Part shown: positions 25,320-38,346 of the stretch, one piece after another
How the letters are laid out: each line of letters begins with the position of its first letter
Numbering within the stretch: position 1 is the first letter of the stretch
Source: Cetorhinus maximus
Taxonomy: Eukaryota
Length of the DNA stretch: 64,000 bases
Assembly (NCBI RefSeq): GCF_964194155.1
Contig: NC_135895.1
Location: 20,956,001-21,020,000, forward strand
Direction of reading: 5' to 3'
The notes under the pieces: model-generated
Told to the model about the DNA's origin: nothing
Database searches by the model: none
The model's input: the letters and a program-made list of their open reading frames with translations, nothing else
Made by a program: the position numbers and the translations under genes

Positions 25320-27185
25320 GAGGTGCCAAAGGTCAACACTGCTCACAGAAAAAGCCCAAATTCTAGAAAGATGGGCAGAGCACTTTAACCACACCCTCAA
25401 TTGGCCTTCATCTATTAATGAGGAAACAATCAACAAGCTGCTAGCTGCTCTCGATGATCCTCCCACACTTGTTAAAAACAACGAACATAATCAAACTCCT
25501 TGCTACCAGCAAAGCTCCAGGAGATGGTGCTATCACAGGTGAGGTCTACAAGGCTGGAGGTCAATGCCTGGTCAAGAAGCTTACGGAGTTCTTTCAACGT
25601 GGGAGCAAGGAACTATCGCATAAGAATACAAAGATGCCTCCGTTGTCCACCTGTCCAAGCCGAAAGAGACTCATTAATCTTGCAACAATCATAAATCTCA
25701 CTCCTTTCCATCTCCAGCAAGATCTTGATCAGAAACCTTCTGAACCATTAAGTGCAACACCCTGACCAGAATCTACTGCCAGGGAGTCAGTGGGGTTTCA
25801 GAAAAGATTGAGAAACCAGTGGTTTGGTGTTTGGAGTTGCACAGCTCCAGGAGAAAATGCCAAGAACATGGACCTCTACAGCACATTTGTTGACCTAAGG
25901 CCTTTGACATAGTCAGTCAGCTGTGAGGGCCTTTGGAAGGCAAGAGAGAAATTCAGCTGTCCTGAGAAATTCATCACAATGGTTTGACAACTGCTTGCTC
26001 ACATGTGTCCTGGATGATGGGGAGTCTTTTGACCCATTCCCAGTCGCTAATGGAGTCTGTGTGCCAGCGCCAACCCTCTTCAGCATGTTCTTCTCTGCCA
26101 TGCTCTCCAATGCTTTCTATGGTGACCCTGACAACAAAATCAGCTCGCTCACGGACAGGAAACTGTTCAATCCGAGACAACCCTAGGCAAAGACTAAGGT
26201 CTCTGAGGACATACTTTGATTTCCTGCTCACCAATGACTGTGCACCAGCTGCCGGTTCAGAGTTGGAAATGCAATGTAGTAGCATGGAGTGGCTCTTCAA
26301 TGCATGCGACAACCTTGGCCTTATGATCAGCATGAAGAAAGTACTGTACCAGCCTGATGCAGGAAAGCCCTATAACAAGCCCAAGGTTTCAGTGCATGAC
26401 AAGAATCTGTCAGCAGTGGGTTAAGTTCAATTGTCTCAGCAGCACACTCTCTCAAGCTGTTTATATCAATGATGAGACACATGCAAGAATTGCCAAAACA
26501 AGCGTAGCCTTTGGCAGACTTCGAACATCAGTCTAGGAACAAAGGAGTACGTTTGTCTACCCAACTGGAGGTCTATAGAGCAATAATCCTGCCCCTTCTG
26601 CTCTATACATCCAGGACTTGGACTGTGTACCAGCGTCGTTCCAAGAAGCTCAACCACTTTCACTTGAGATGCCTTCGAAGCTTCTGAAGATCAGATGGCA
26701 GGACAAGATACCAGAGACACCCCGAGGTGCTCACCTGAGCTGGCATTCCAAGCATCCACATCATATTGGAGACAGTCACAACTGGTCATGTAGCCACAAC
26801 GTCCAACACTCGCTTACCAAAGCGGATCTTCTGTGCAGAGCTTGATTCTGGGGATGCTCTCCCATGGCAGTCAACGGAAGCACTACAGACACTACGAAAG
26901 GCTTCACTTATGAGTTCTGGAATTGACTGAGTCCTGGGAGAAGCTCGCCTTGGATCTCTGAACCTGGCACAACCAAATGAAAAAAAAACTGTGCAGCCTC
27001 CTTCAAAAAAAAGTGCATATCAGCGGCAGAGAGAAAACGCAAGAGAGGAAATCCCAAGCCAGTATTCATGCAAAACTCAACTGACTGCGGTATTCTGTCC
27101 TATTTGTAACGGAACCGTACAGGTGCAGATTGGCCTTAGCAGCCACCTACATACCTACTGGAATCTTACCAAATACCCTAGATGA
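25320..27185 (+). mobile_element. RTE-clade LINE, 5'-truncated
   Basis: ILERWAEHFNHTLN, KAPG, APTLFSMFFSAML, LKIRWQDKIP, C-terminal CPIC...IGLSSHLHT; multiple frameshifts. Confidence 0.87.
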
Positions 27186-27389
27186 TGAACATGATACACT
27201 TACGTGTTCATCAGTTCCAACCAAACAAAACTAAAAATGTGACAGGTTATATGATCTTTTAATCACCTTGGTGCAAACACTTCTTCGTACACTATGTGCA
27301 GAACGGGACAAAGATAAAGGCAGGATCTGCATTCATGTGCTTTTATGTCCTCACTGCCAAAAAGCACTTCATAGCCAATTAATTATTTA

Positions 27390-27700
27390 GCCGAGACCTA
27401 CAAAACATCTGTGGTGAAACTAGTATCTTTATTAAAAACAGTAGATCCCCAATCACATGCCATTCCATCCTTCCCATACCATCTGCCTCATGCTATACCC
27501 AATTCATTCCTTTTCATCCCTCTCAAATCATCCCCACCCCATCCTACCCTATCTTCCTATGCCATCCCCAACTCATCCCATCACCCATTCCAGACCTCCC
27601 TTGGAATCCCCCACCTCTGTCATCAATTCTTTCAGCTTTATTGTTGGGCTTCCCTTACCTTCCACATTTCTTCCTCCTACCCAGCCACCAGCAAACACTG
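27390..27700 (+). repeat. Unclassified dispersed repeat with an inverted copy at about 57140-57445
   Basis: gacctacaaaacatctgtggtgaaactagtatct followed by a ccatccc-rich tract; matches the reverse complement of agatgctaatttcaccacaaaatgttttgcgggtc and the gggatgg-rich tract. Confidence 0.65.
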
Positions 27701-28395
27701 GCAGCTACAAGTGCTCCAGTCAACATCACTTCAGAGTAGCTACACCTCAAAGCAGCAACCACTTACTAAAACTCATAGGCAAGTAAGGCTCTTTAAACCC
27801 CTCTCTTCCCCACCCCCTTAAACAGCACGTGGACAGACAGGTTCCAGCCCTGCTCCTCACACGGAACTCTCCGTATACACATCTGTTTCCCATCTGCGGG
27901 GCTGGGGGCAGAGGTGAAAGGAGAAGTTAAGGGAGCAAGGAAGGTAGGGAGTCACATCGGGTAGGCAGACTCTGGCCTTTCCTGGCCACAGGTTTGGTAG
28001 TGGTTGGGGAGCCAGGTTTGAGGCCTGCCCAGTACATTGGCTGCAAAGTGCTCACCTAATCAGAGGGAGAGCCAATAAAATTATTTAAAGCAAATAAAAA
28101 TATAATGATGGAACTGTTTCACGATGTTTGAATTTAGCTGTCCTCTGTGGGCCCCCCACCACCACCACCAAATTAATACTTGCTTCAAGTCTTCCACACG
28201 TCCCACTGTGAACCAGCCTCTGCCCACCAAATCAATCCAGAGAAGTGTGGGGTGAAACTTGAACCCATGAGCTTCTGACTCAAAGGCAAGAGTGCCAACA
28301 CCAAGTCAAGCAACGATGAACACCCGATAGAACATTGCGATTTGGGCTGCACTACGAGCATCCATGAAAAACATCCCAGGTTAGACAGCACTTAC

Positions 28396-28533
28396 CAGAC
28401 TTGCAAGTGCCAAAAGCGTTGTCTGTACTTGAGTCAGGTTCCCATTCTCAAAAAGATCATTTGCTTCAAAAATGTCATGTGGCCTCATCCCATAGGACTG
28501 GATAGCTTTAATAAAGTTACCAATATTCTCCAG
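28396..28533 (-). CDS. CNN3: Calponin-3 exon 4 (CH domain end)
   Basis: cttcag|CTG...CTG|gtaagt; 138 nt; [46 protein letters not shown]. Confidence 0.96.
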
Positions 28534-29901
28534 CTGAAGAAAAATAAACCAAGCTGTTAAACAATGTACAACATAGAGCCCATTTCTGAAAGACCTATAG
28601 TTTGATTCATACATCAAGTTCTCTACCATCCCCACCCTTCTGAATGCACTGTAGGTTTGCTGGGATATGGTTCACTAGGTGCCTCCACTGCTTCACCAGC
28701 TGGTGATTCTTCACAAGTATCAAGAGGTTATTCAACAATGAAGGGCACCACAGAAAACCCAGTCACATGAGAAAATCAAGTCCAGTTCTTGGTCACCAGG
28801 CTTTCGGGAGGACACGAGGATCCTTGTGAAGACGTAGAGGAAATTTACCACAGGTTTGGAGAAGCTGGGTCTGTTCTCCTTGGAGCAAAGAAAATTGAGG
28901 GGAGATTTGATAGGAGGTGTACACGATGATGACAACCGGTTTGGGTAAAGGTAGACGACAAGGAAAAAGCTGCTGGTACGAGGACTGAGGAGGTCACAGA
29001 TTTAACATTTTGGGCAAGAGATCTGGGGGGAATGCAAAGAATTATTTTAAAAAATGCAGTGAGTGGTAATGACCTGAAACCCACTGTGGCAGCAAAGACA
29101 ATGATTTCAAAAGGAAATTGGATGGGCACTTGAAAGAAATAAACTTGCAGGGCTACAGGGGTAGAGCAGGGGGAAGCAGGCATGGCCAGACGGTTCCACA
29201 GAGAGCTGGCATATGAGCTGAATAGAGAGTCCTTCTGTGCCGTAAAGTACTCTAATATTCCTTTGTTCACGTACTTCATTTTCAAAATACCTTCCTGGAG
29301 GACAGTAAATTGTACTGCCACACAGAGCTTTATAGAAAAGGCATTTGCCAATTCAAAAACTTTGCCCTAGTAAGGCTACAAGTGAACGGCACTTAGAAAT
29401 GAGCAACTATATTTTTATAAAACAAGAGTTCTGGACTGGCATCCAGAATCAAACAGGATGCTGAACCAGCCCAATTAAAACAGCACTGCTTCGCGAGCCT
29501 GTGGTTGACATCAGCCCAGCAACTGTTTGGCAATCTTCCAATCGGAGTGTCAGGGAAAGGAGTTGAAAGGGAACCAACAAAGAGAGCTCAACACTCATAC
29601 GCTGCTGTATGGCTCACTGGGCACCTTCCCAGTACCCTGTCCAACTGGCAGCTCACCGCAGAGTATCTGCAAGTTATTCAACCATATCCCAGAAAATATC
29701 CCAGCCAATCCAAATCATGTGAGAACAGTGGGTGAGAACATGTGCCAGGGTCAGCACTGGGTAGCTCAAAGCCCAAGTCATTTGCACATTGCTCAGTTTT
29801 ACAGACCAAGACACTGAAAACACCCGCAAAAATCAGACACCCAACGTAAGTCAGGGTGAACCGGCTAAAAATAATTTGAAGAAAACAGTTACGTTTCTTA
29901 C

Positions 29902-29968
29902 CTGGTGCCAGTTTAATTTGGATTCATTTATTTTCTTGATTGAATTGGGTTGTAGCTTGTTCATGAGC
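29902..29968 (-). CDS. CNN3: Calponin-3 exon 3
   Basis: tttttcag|G CTC ATG...CAC CAG|gtaag; 67 nt; phase 2 matches exon 2; LMNKLQPNSIKKINESKLNWHQ. Confidence 0.95.
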
Positions 29969-31194
29969 CTGAAAAATTGATTAAAGGAGGATTTAGTGCA
30001 GTTTCTGACCATGCGAATGAAACAATTCTGCACTGATGCCAAAAATTTTAATTAAATAAAGACTTGCTAAGCCATTCTAGACTCTACGATCTGCAGTTTG
30101 CTACATTATCAATTGATGGCAATCCTCTGTTCACACAGTGCATTCCAAAATAGTTTACTGTCCTGCAAGAAAGTAATGGAGCTAACCAGGAGACTTATAG
30201 AAAAGCAAACGATGAGTTTAAACATTGCCAGTGTAGGGCTACAAAACAATGGTCACCCAACTTCAGAAATTAGCAGCCATCTGTTTACAAACTAACAGCT
30301 CCAGATCAACATCCAGAATCAAAAAGGATACCAAACCAGGCAGGTTAAACCAAACTGCTTACCCGACCCCTGTGGTTGCAGCTTTTCATTAAGAACTGCA
30401 GGGAGTTCAAAATTAGCCAACCCGAGAGTGCATCACCTCAAAACTATAGAGCTTGGAGCAGGGTCGAGGACTCACCATTCCAAGGTACTGCCTCCTATTT
30501 GTGCAACTGGCCCATTTTGCAATTTAAGTTGGATTAACAAATAGAGGGAAAGGGAGATGAATTTTGGAAAGAAAGTCCACCAAGAAACATGTGCCTGCAA
30601 CTGTCCCAACCTCCATTATTGCGTTTAGACAATTCCCTTGAAAGAGGCATTTTTCTGCCATATTAAAAATGTAAATTTTGGATTTTCACATGCTGGTAGG
30701 AAACACTCCAAATGCTTCAAATCAAGAGGGATGAATAAACTTTATCGATGATAAAGCTGAGCACCGATTGGTTTCTTTGGGAGAAATCAAAAGCCATTTG
30801 AGGTAGCAGCACAGGGCATTAATCGACATGAAATCCTGTTTGGGGGAAAAAAAAAGTTTAAGGGTTTAAAGTTTCCCACCTGAACTTCTGAGGAAGCTGT
30901 TGTGAGCAGCTCAAAACCAATTTTATACAGCACGCCGGATTTGCAGACCGAGTGTAATAAACACTGTGCCCATTGCATCAATATAAACAGCACAGCATGG
31001 TACTCAGGCCCAGCACAGGAGACACTCTGCCTATTTTAAAGCATGTCTAACAAAAGGAAATAAGCATACTCCAAGTGTTAAAAGTAGGTTACAGTCAAAT
31101 CAAACCATCCAACATGACAAGGCATGCCATAAAAAAAACCTTCTTGTTCAAATACTCCAGCTATGTCATCTTAGTAACGTGTCACTACAACCTG

Positions 31195-31880
31195 CAACAG
31201 AAAATTCGATCAAATTTGTCAAACACGATCTTCCCTTAACAAATCCATGCTGACTATCCTTGATTAATCTGTGTCTCTCCAAGCGCAGATATATTCTGTC
31301 CCTCAAAATTCTTTCTAGTAACTTCCCCATCACTGAGGTTAGACTGACTGGCCTGTAATTTCCTGGTCTATCCCTTCCTCCCTTTTTTAAATAATGGGAC
31401 AATGTTAGCAGTCCTCCAGTCCTCTGGCACCTCACCTGTGGCCAGAGAGGATTTGAAAATTACTGCCAGGGTCCCTGATATCTCTTCCCTTGCCTCCTGC
31501 AACAGCCTGGGATACATCTCATCTGGGCCTGCAGGTTTATCCACTTTTAAGGCCGCTAAACGTGCTAGTACCTCCTCTCTCTCTGTTAATTTCCTCTAAT
31601 ATTTCACAGTCCTCCACCCCGATGTCTATATCTGCGTCATCCTTTTCCATTGTGAGGACGGATTCAAAGTATTCATTGAGGACTGCACCCACGGCTTCCA
31701 GGTCCACACACACACACACACACAATACCTCTATGGTCCTTAATTGGCCCTACTCTTTCCCCTAGTTATTCTCTTGCTCTTTATATATTTAAAAAACTCC
31801 TTTGGGTTTTCATTTATTCTACCCACCAATGCTTTCTCATGCACTCTTAGCTTTCCTAATTTCCTTTTCAAGTTCTTTCA
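31195..31880 (-). mobile_element. Classical CR1 (HER1-like) RT fragment
   Basis: KKGGRDRPGNYRPVSLTSVMGKLLERILRD...SQHGFVKGRSCLTNLIEF. Confidence 0.88.
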
Positions 31881-31914
31881 TATTTTTCCATTTAAGCTGC
31901 AAAAGTGATAAACA

Positions 31915-32045
31915 GAAACAGAAAATGCTGGAAGTACTCAGCAGGTTCAGGCAGCATCTGCGGCGAGAAAAAGAGAATTAATGTTTCAGGTCGATAACTT
32001 TTCATCAGAACTCAGATTTCCAGCATCAGCACAATTTTGCTTTTC
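31915..32045 (-). mobile_element. Short Penelope-terminus derivative
   Basis: gaaaatgctggaagtactcagcaggttcaggcagcatctg motif shared with the other PLE ends; similar relics at about 46565-46655 and 53680-53865. Confidence 0.72.
31975..32013 (-). ncRNA. Minimal hammerhead ribozyme motif
   Basis: Minus strand: GAGUU CUGAUGA aaaguuaucgaccu GAAAC AUU AAUUC; stem I GAGUU/AAUUC; stems II and III are degenerate. Confidence 0.6.
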
Positions 32046-32221
32046 CACAAGAAAATAAGACTCGTTTCTGGAACCGTTTTACTAAATGAAGCCAGATCTA
32101 GAAACATTAAGCACTTTCGAGGGTAACACAAGGGAAACCGCAGCACAATCCCTGTTTTTAAAATGCAACATTAGCATTGGCATAGTGGGAACAAGACTTA
32201 GCAAAGCAGTCAGTTACTTAC

Positions 32222-32343
32222 ATGCAAAGGATGACACCATCCTTAAGACTGAGCTGGAAGTTCTCACCCAAACGTCTGCCCGTAACTTCTTCAATCCAGA
32301 CTCGCAACTCTTCCTCTTTCTGAGGGTCATATTTCTGAAGAAT
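32222..32343 (-). CDS. CNN3: Calponin-3 exon 2 (CH domain start)
   Basis: Minus strand cttctag|ATT...TGC AT|gtaagt; 122 nt; [40 protein letters not shown]. Confidence 0.95.
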
Positions 32344-35300
32344 CTAGAAGAAACCAGAATATATGATATGCACATTACCACATAATTGAGTGTACATCTA
32401 CGCATTGAAACAATAAAGTTTGTCATCCTGTGCCCTGAAATTTGTACAGCAGGCCTAATCAGGTTTCCTGTAGAGAACGGTATCATGTTTATTGTTGGAA
32501 TTGCTTTACTGATGGAAAAGGAGAACATCATGGCTAATTTGCACAGGTTGAAAACAAAATGATGGACCTACCCTCAAAGTATGAACATTTCAATAAACCC
32601 ATTAGAAATTTCTGGCAGCTTTTCTTTCATAAAGCCTTTTAATACAGCATACTTGGTCAAGGTTCGCGAAGCTCTCCAAGAGGAATCTAAAGTTCTATAG
32701 GGCCAGATTAGATCTTGCATGAAGAATCTTGGCAATTAATTGACATAACGAATGACACAGTTGCTCATTTCCTTTGCGAGACCAACTATTAGTCAATGCT
32801 TCAGGATTTTGAGAGAAACAGGAGGAGTAGGTTTGTGGAATATATTGCACCAAGTTAACTGTTTCATGACTGGCTCTGCTTTGGCAATCTTATTTGTTCA
32901 CAATTCACAAAAAAAGACAGAATGCCTGGACTTCAACCTCACTAACAGCTCTTCCTGAATTTGTCACTCTGACACATGATTCAAGATCGAACTATCTTTT
33001 TTTTTGGAAGTTTCATATTCCTTACTTACAAAACCTGAAGGAGCAATTTTTACCCAGAGCTAAGTTTTCTCCCATCAGTTCTGGACCTTCACTCAACAAC
33101 CGTTTTTGCTAGAATACAACAAAATCCTGGAAATATTCAGGCCAGGGAACTTCAGTGGAGGGGGAAGCCATTTTGCTGCCCTCTTCCATTCTTTGAAAAG
33201 GGCTGCAGCATGTATAAAGTTTAATCCTGCTGTCGATCAGTGCCCTTCATGCGACCTCCATCTGCCTGCCAGATTATTTCCAAAAACTTGAGAACACAAG
33301 GAGATGGCAAGAGAGAAAAACCAAAAGTTCAGTAAGCTACAACAAAAAAAAAGTTGCAACATTTTAAAACAGAGAACCATAAATGTTAGTTTTTAAAAAG
33401 AGTAAGTGAGGGAATCAGAGGGAAGGCACGAGTTAACGCACAAACTGGCACGTTCATCTGGGACTTTTTTTTTTAATGCTTTTCTTCTAGAGACTAAATT
33501 TTGTTTGGATAAATGATCCCACAAGGCTTTTCCACAATTAAATTTTGTTCGCACAAATGAAACATAATTAGCTCAAACAGAATGCAAAAGAAATGCTGAA
33601 AACTGGTCGGGAGCAAAGTGATGCAAACTACACCTGTCAAAAGACCACTGATGATTAAACTAATTAAAAATAAATATTTCTACGTTGGAGACTGCAATCC
33701 TTTTGAGAATTTAGAGGTGTCTTCACAAGGAGGTTTTGAGTTGAACAAGAATAGGTAGTAGCTGTCACTACTTAGTCATTTTTAAAAACTTAGTCTAAGG
33801 AGCTATTCGAAGCACAACCACATTGCTCTTTGGAATTTTGGTTAGTTTGTTCCTGCTCATAAAAAGGTGATGGCACAAGGCCAACATTGGTCTGTGCACT
33901 CCATTATGTACACTTTGATAAAGCTATAACATGACCCGGAGCAAGTGCATAAGAAAACCCCTCACTTACACCACCTGGTCATGTGAATTTAACGGCGACC
34001 AACGAATTATATTATAACCTCTCCAGTCCGGAATGCATCTCCAGGTTTCAGAATTTTCTGGATTATAGGGTAACTTTAGAACACCTAACCGCAAGGTGAG
34101 TGACCAGATATGAAATATGCACAAACACAGTGACAAAATATTATAAAGCACCGAATAAAAATGGTTTTATTTCCCCAAATACCACACCTTGCTCCCCGCT
34201 TCCAAAGTACTGTACTAAAATTATGTGAGGGGACAGGTGAGTCTAGGTGGTCCAGAGTTAGCATGACCAACAGCCAGCCCCAGGTTGGGGAAAGTAGGAT
34301 ATGGATTATTTACTAAACATCCAATATATTAAAAAAAAGAACAATTTCCTTCCCAGAAAGATGGGCAAGGTAGTGCCAGTGTGAAAAGACTTGGAGCTTT
34401 AGTTTTAATTTCTACACTAATTAGCCCACCTTTTTTTCCTTCCATCACCCATCTCTTCTCTCTCCCCCCTGCATTTTTCCCCCACTGAATCAGCCAAAAG
34501 GCTTTTACTCTCATCTTCAGTAGAAGCAGGACCATTAGAAAAACTACAAACACCATGACATATTCACTATTTCACTTTTTTTTTTTGCAGCGACACACGT
34601 GGCGAGTCTGAGAGTTGGGTGGGCCCGCTCAAAAAAAAAGTTGGGACAACTGCTGTTTCTGGATTTCAGGACTGGAGGGGTCACAGCCTAAAATGGATCA
34701 GATTCCAGCTGCTGACTGATCGACAGTAATACGAAAATGATGCACTGTTTTATACCAAGCCATCTGGGAAACACAGCATTTGCTTCCTAAATTAGCCTTT
34801 GTAGAACATTCTACAGCCTGTGTTTTACATACTTGTTGAAAGGATGAAAATTGCACTTGGCTAGGCAAAAGGAAAATTTAGCCGCTAGCAGGCAGTACAT
34901 TCTCCAGCACTCTTAACAAGCCGTCACTACAGATATATATACACCGGTCAGTGAAATACTGCTTTTTGACAAAAGGTTGAGTGTTGAAAAAGATTAAACA
35001 GCTGACTTGCATACCAGACAGAGCTGTTTTGGAAGGGGAAAAAATTGATCCCATGAGCTTCATGGTGCAGAAAAATGTGCCAACGTTAGCATTTTCAAGG
35101 AAGTTCGGAGACAGTATATCCTTACACACCAAGCACAGAGACATTTATACACTTTTGTATATCTCAATATTTTAACATGGATCAGCCTCTTAAAAAAAAA
35201 ATGAAAAAGTATGTTAACAACGAATGCTCGAACACTCCTCTGATCACTGGCCAGAATCAAGTCACATCACAGAAGCTAAGCAAAGTTGAACACATCAGGA

Positions 35301-37417
35301 GCAAATTTGCAGTTTTTGGTTGATAGGATCATTCTTAACCTCACAATTGCCTTGCAGTTTTCTGATGGTCTTGTTGTACAGGCTATAAAGTTTGGTTTAA
35401 CATGTTAAAGGTTTGGTCTTGCAACAATTTGGTGAAACCTCAGTCTAATGCTTAGGGTATATTCAAAGTTTGTGGGACAATTTTTTCCAACATTTTATCA
35501 GCCCCCCCGGATTTGCGGGCTGAGCAACATCTGGAGTACCTGCGTGCACAGGAACGATCGGATAGTCCAGATCGCACTCGGAGTCCCTGCTGATCCACTT
35601 GGTGTATCAATTACGTTCCCGCACCTACACGCGCACACACACACACACACACACGAAGGGCATTGACTTGAGCACATATAAAAAGGCACTTACTGACAGT
35701 GGGGCCAGTGGTCAAACTAGGAAGTATATATCTTTAATGTCTCACTCTGAATAAATCTAAAGACTGGCGCTCTTTGTTCCCTCACTGGCTGGCTACTGCA
35801 AATCTTTAGAAATCACTGAAGTGATGAAAACTTCCCCTTTATGCTGTCATATCGCTGCAAAAATTAAAAATGCTGAAAAGGTTATGCCTTGTTAAAGGTT
35901 TTTAAAACAGCGTGCCAAGTCATAGTCACTCTGGCACTGGAAAACTAATTTTATATTTCAGCAATGTCAAATTCTAAAAGCTCCATAGTTTCAATATAAT
36001 ATTCATTTAGAAAACTTATTCATGATATTTCAGCTTCTAATGCACACATCCAAGTCTTTACTTTATATAAAAAGTGAAGGATATTAAACACATTTTACTA
36101 TTTGCGAGAATTCTTCAATGCGATTGGCTGTTTACCCTGCTTGATGACATCATTGCTGATGGATGCCTGAAGATCCCCTTAAACTTGGCACCAGATTCAA
36201 AATTAACATTGGAAAAAGGTGAAATCCACACCAGAGAGATCACTCGACCCTCGTGGGTAGCTTGGAGGTCAGCGATGAAACTCTACCCCTGCCCTACTTA
36301 TTGCAAAATCCAGGCCATAATCTTTTCTAATCAAATTGGTCTCCGAAATTTGTCTAACTTTCTGAAATAGCTTAAAAAACTTGGCTGTGTACCAAATACT
36401 TCTTTTCCCCTCCCAACTTAACTCTCCAAACGAAAGCTCAACTATTGTATCACTGAAATGTCTCCTTGTGGGAATGTGCTTCCACCAGCTTTCTCATCCA
36501 AGAATTAGAGTGGGAAACAAGAAAAACCTCATCACCCAACAGACTTTCCTCTTACACTACTTACATGCACCTTCCCATTATTTTGTTGCTGCTACAGATC
36601 AGAGCTTCAAAATGTGCCCTTCCTGCTCCCCAAAATCATATCTATGTTGAATTGCAATCCGCCATCTTCTACTCATTTTTAAAATCAGCATTTCAAAACT
36701 GAGAATTTCTTGCCTTCCTTGCTTAATCTCACCTTACTTTGAGGCTATACCATGCCACCTAATCACTTCGATTCAATTTTTTTTGAACACCTCTTGTCAT
36801 AAACCAAGGGCCTCAAGCCTTTCGCAAATTAATAGGAATGATAATCAAACTATGCGTCTGTGCCACCTGGTAAAGACACTAAAGGACTCACTGCATTCCA
36901 ACGAAACTTCAAGAACCCTGTGACATTAAAAGAAAAAAAACACTCAAAAGGAGTGAATTACACTTTCCATTGAAGTTCATCATCTTTGAAGCAATTTAAA
37001 AAAAGCAAACGTTTGTTCAAAACGTAGAACTAGTTATCAAGAAAAAAAAGAAACAATCACAGCTCAAATTATTTTAAATATCCCGAAGAAACAGGTGAAC
37101 TGGGGGCTTGTTTTCATGCGCGTTTTTTTTTTAAACTTGAACAAATGCCAACTTCATGGGAGATTGAAGTTTTTAAGCATTGGAAAGTCAGTCAAGAGTA
37201 GTTTACCATGCAAACTGTTACAGTTTACAAGAGAAAAGATGATTATGAGAAACAGAGTTCACAAGAAGTTTTTGCAGTTTCGAAAAGATTGAAAGTACCT
37301 GTATTTGAACTAGCTGCAATAGTGCATGCAAGTTCTGGTCTCCATCCTTAACAAAAAAAGGGCATCAATATATAGATGGTGTTCAGTAAAATGAAGTAAC
37401 AGAAGAAAAATACGCAA

Positions 37418-38346
37418 CACCTCAACCCCCTCCCACGGTACCTTCCCATGCAACCGCAGAAGGTGCAACACCTGCCCCTTTACTTCCCCTCTCCTCACCG
37501 TCCAAGGGCCCAACACACTCCTTTCAAGTGAAGCAGCATTTCACTTGCACTTCCCTCAATTTAGTCTACTGCATTCATTGCTCCCAGTGCGGTTTCCTCT
37601 ACATTGGAGAGACCAAACGCAGACTGGGTGACCGCTTTGCGGAAGACCTTCGGTCTGTCTGCAAGCATTACCCAGACCTCCCTGTCACTTGCCATTTCAA
37701 CACTCCACCCTGCTCTCACACCCACATGTCCGTCCTTGGCCTGCTGCATTGTTCCAGTGAAGTTCAACGCAAACTGGAGGAACAGCACCTCATCTTCCGA
37801 CGAGGCACTTTACAGCCTTCCGGACTGAATATTGAGTTCAACAATTTTAGATCATGAACTCTCTCCTCCACCCCCACTCCCTTTCTGATCCCCCTCTTTT
37901 CCAAATATTTATATAGATTTTTCTTTTCCCACCCATTTCCATTATTTTTAAATGTATTTCAATCCATTGTTTTATCTCTGCCTTTTAGCCTATTTCAATC
38001 CCTTCCTCCCACCCCACCCCCACTAGGGCTATCTGTACCTTTATCATCACATTCCTTAGATAATATCACCACCCTCAACTCCTCTTTGTCCTTTTGTCTA
38101 TGACATATTTTGGTTATCTCCACCTATCACTGGCCCTCTATCCAGCTCTACCTGTCCCACCACCCCGCCTTAAACCAGCTTATATTTCACCCCTTTTCTA
38201 TTTTTCCTTAGTTCTGTTGAAGAGTCATACGGACTCGAAATATTAACTGGTGCTCCTCTCTGCAGATGCTGCTAGACCTGCTGAGCTTTTCCAGGTATTT
38301 TTGTTTTTGTTTTGGATTTCCAGCATCCGCAGTTTTTTGCTTTTAT
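37418..38346 (+). mobile_element. Penelope-like element, GIY-YIG plus 3' terminal region
   Basis: ORF 37528-37857 nearly identical to the 4869-5200 GIY-YIG segment; TSD AAAAATA(C/T)GCAA at 37406-37417 and 38347-38358. Confidence 0.92.

Noticed and set aside
32214-32531. ORF-track protein overlapping CNN3 exon 2
   Set aside because: Wrong frame; the true exon reads [16 protein letters not shown] in another minus-strand frame.
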